DNA of 50,734 nucleotides, counting the filler, from Sphacelaria rigidula (taxonomy: Eukaryota), in the NCBI GenBank assembly GCA_964200075.2. It is 3 parts of 3 records of this genome, joined end to end, with 100 filler letters (N's around TTAATTAATTAA, not from the genome) between each part and the next. Parts side by side here need not be neighbours in the genome. Positions count along the whole stretch, not along the records: positions 33,892 to 50,734 come from CAXNAA020001239.1; 2 more parts are not named here. One strand, 5' to 3'. The notes beneath the pieces are model-generated. The model was not told the DNA's origin. It was given only the letters and a program-made list of their open reading frames with translations, and made no database searches. Shown one piece after another: positions 50,566 to 50,734 of this stretch; the first letter of the stretch is position 1; each line of letters opens with the position of its first letter. The position numbers and the translations under genes were made by a program.

Positions 50566-50734
50566 CGGCACAGCTCAATGTATAACGATATATATTTTCA
50601 AATCCTGTCCGCGTACTGACCCGGCAATCAAAATCCCCCCCCCCCCCCCCCCCCCCCCCCCCACCCCCCACTAAACCGAGCCCAAAAAAAAAAAACACAC
50701 ACACACAAAAAAAAAAGACATTTGTTTTTGAAGG

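Overview
Eukaryotic, intron-rich DNA of roughly balanced GC, most consistent with a brown alga (Phaeophyceae; an inference from intron style and repeat types). The window joins three pieces through artificial N-TTAATTAATTAA-N linkers (16847-16946 and 33792-33891). Host genes that can be supported: the first exon of a probably plastid-targeted protein (-), a phase-consistent seven-exon ARM/HEAT-like segment (+), a terminal exon of a membrane protein (+), a large low-complexity protein with a repeated W-x-x-L-x(3,4)-GW domain (-), and a divergently oriented three-exon winged-helix/coiled-coil protein (+). Introns and intergenic DNA are packed with transposon relics: a Ty1/copia remnant with LTR and PBS, a LINE 3' end, tRNA-derived SINEs, hAT, Tc1/mariner, piggyBac-like and Harbinger-like MITEs, and decayed hAT transposase sequence. 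The most striking pattern is the abundance of long foldbacks, especially a probable hAT transposase fragment folded into a ~590-bp palindrome that occurs in two copies (a Mu-killer-like architecture). No CRISPR array, rRNA or true tRNA gene was found. All calls were made by eye, without database searches.
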